A DNA stretch of 8,494 nucleotides from contig NW_021828558.1 of the NCBI RefSeq assembly GCF_006345805.1, forward strand, positions 1 to 8,494. The letters are read 5' to 3'. Both the position numbers and the translations under genes were made by a program. Positions 7,051 through 8,494 of the stretch are shown one piece after another. Below the pieces are notes generated by a model. It saw nothing but the letters and a program-made list of their open reading frames with translations, was not told the DNA's origin and ran no database searches. How positions within the stretch are numbered: position 1 is the first letter of the stretch; each line of letters opens with the position of its first letter. The DNA comes from Octopus sinensis. Taxonomy: Eukaryota.

Positions 7051-7374
7051 GCACTCCATCGGTTACGACGACGAGTGTCCCAGTTGATCCGATCAACGGA
7101 ACAGCCTGCTCGTGAAATTAACGTGTAAGTGGCTGAGCACTCCACAAACACGTGTACCCTTAACGTAGTTCTCGGGGATATTCAGCGTGACACAGAGAGT
7201 GACAAAGCTGTCCCTTTGAAATACAAGTACAACTCATTTTTGCCAGCTGAGTGGTACTGGAGCAACGTGAAATAATGTGTCTCGCTCAAGGATGTAACGC
7301 ACCGCCGGGAATTGAACTCACGACCTTACGATCGTGAGCCGAATGCCCCTACCCACTAAGCCACGCGCCTTCAC
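7051..7374 (-). mobile_element. tRNA-derived SINE with a CORE-like central domain
   Basis: Minus strand begins GTGAAGGCGCGTGGCTTAGTGG (A box 7353-7363) with B box GAGTTCAATTCC (7308-7319). It continues CCTTGAGCGAGACACATTATTTCAC...CAGCTGGCAAAAATGAG, resembling the CORE consensus CCTTGGGCAAGTCACTT...CTGTAAAATGGG, and ends in a microsatellite tail. Confidence 0.85.
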
Positions 7375-7381
7375 ACAACAC

Positions 7382-7400
7382 ACACATATATAGAAGATAT

Positions 7401-7470
<70 letters not shown>

Positions 7471-7558
7471 TAGATATATATAATATATAATTATATATAT
7501 AATATATATATATATATATTATATATATATATATATATAGATATATATATTATATACA
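7382..7558. repeat. Degenerate (TA)n microsatellite
   Basis: About 175 bp of almost pure A/T alternation. Confidence 0.95.
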
Positions 7559-8445
7559 CACGGAAAGTGCGTGGAATATAATGCAGTATATGGGGATCGG
7601 ACAATAAACGTAAGCCAGTGTCAACGGTGATTCCAGAAATTCCGAGCTGGAAACTAGGGCCTAGAAGACGAGCCTCATCCTGGAAGATCTGTAGAGCTCG
7701 ACGAGGACGTCCTGCAAACCCTGGAGGAACAAAATCCCATCATAACTTTTGAAGAACTAGCAGAGAAGCTTGGATTTGGTCATTCAACCAATCATCAACA
7801 CCTTCGTGCCTTTGGAAAAGTCAGTAAATTTTTCCGATGGGCTCCTCACAAACTCTTCTAGTCTAATCGTGTGCAGAGAGTGAATGTGCGCTCTTCTCTG
7901 CTGTCTCGTCTCAAGAATGAACCTTTCCCCAACCGAATAGTGACTGGTGACGAGAAATGGGCTCTCTTTAAAAATATCAAGCGCTGAAGACAGTGGGTAG
8001 GGAAAGGAGAAACACCGGCATCCCAGGCTAAAGGTCTTATCTCTCGTAAGGTGTTATCTGATTGGTGCCAAAAGTTTAAATCACTTTGAGCTTTCAAACC
8101 CAAACCAAGCGATAACCATGGAAATCTACTGCGAGCAGCTTAAGTCAGCACTAGAAGAAAAACGCCCATTTTTGGTTGCAAGACGAAAGGTGTTCTTCCA
8201 TTAGGATAACGCTCGGCCACATATAGCGAGGATGACATTTCAATGGCTGGAGCACTTTGATGGGAAACGATGCCCCACCCATCATATACGCCGAACATTG
8301 CCCCCATCTGATTAGCATTTATTCAAAATCATTTGGACAGAAAAAATATGAATTCTGTAGACGAGATCAGAACAGTACTGGAGGAGTATTTTTCGTCACG
8401 GACAAGTAAATTTTGAAAGAGAGCCCTTGAAAGTCTACCAGATAG
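7559..8445 (+). pseudogene. Decayed mariner (Tc1/mariner, DD34D) transposase; both ends and TIRs missing
   Basis: Translation across stops and frameshifts gives ...QCQR*FQKFRAGN*GLEDEPHPGRS (HTH region), RWAPHKL (WVPHEL motif), IVTGDEKW (D at 7949), FH*DNARPH (D at 8205), and HPSYTPNIAP/SD (YSPDLAPSD motif, D at 8310). The 105 nt between the last two Asp codons equals D34D spacing. Confidence 0.92.
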
Positions 8446-8494
8446 TGCCATGCATTGGAACTGAACCCGGAACCCATGGTTGCTAAGCGGGCTT
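8445..8494 (-). mobile_element. Fragment of the tRNA-like head of another SINE (cut by the window edge)
   Basis: Minus strand ...GGTTCCGGGTTCAGTTCCAATGCATGGCAC has a B-box-like GGTTCAGTTCC. Resembles a common octopus SINE head (from memory); only 50 nt are visible. Confidence 0.5.

Overview
Repeat-dense, AT-rich animal genomic DNA with no credible host gene. The SINEs and compound (TA)n/(TATG)n/(CA)n microsatellites resemble octopus/cephalopod repeats; this is recalled, not verified. Ordinary content: a decayed RTE/BovB-like LINE (~190-1700, +) interrupted at its RT YADD-type motif by a tandem SINE dimer with a 19-bp TSD, a possible second LINE 3' fragment, two more tRNA-derived SINE pieces, and a decayed DD34D mariner transposase (7559-8445). 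The key feature is 3206-5919, an array of a ~490-bp unit arranged as two head-to-head arms (~2.4 units on the - strand, ~3.1 units on the + strand) with both outer ends in (TA)n. Each complete unit carries a type I hammerhead ribozyme: 8-bp stem I, CUGAUGA, long stem II, GAAA, short stem III with a palindromic UGCA loop, and a GUA cleavage triplet. The rest of the unit folds into helices whose ~15 G-U pairs all work on the ribozyme strand only. This fits a retrozyme-like / Penelope-dependent non-autonomous retroelement copied from a circular or multimeric RNA. Activity, expression and novelty are untested.
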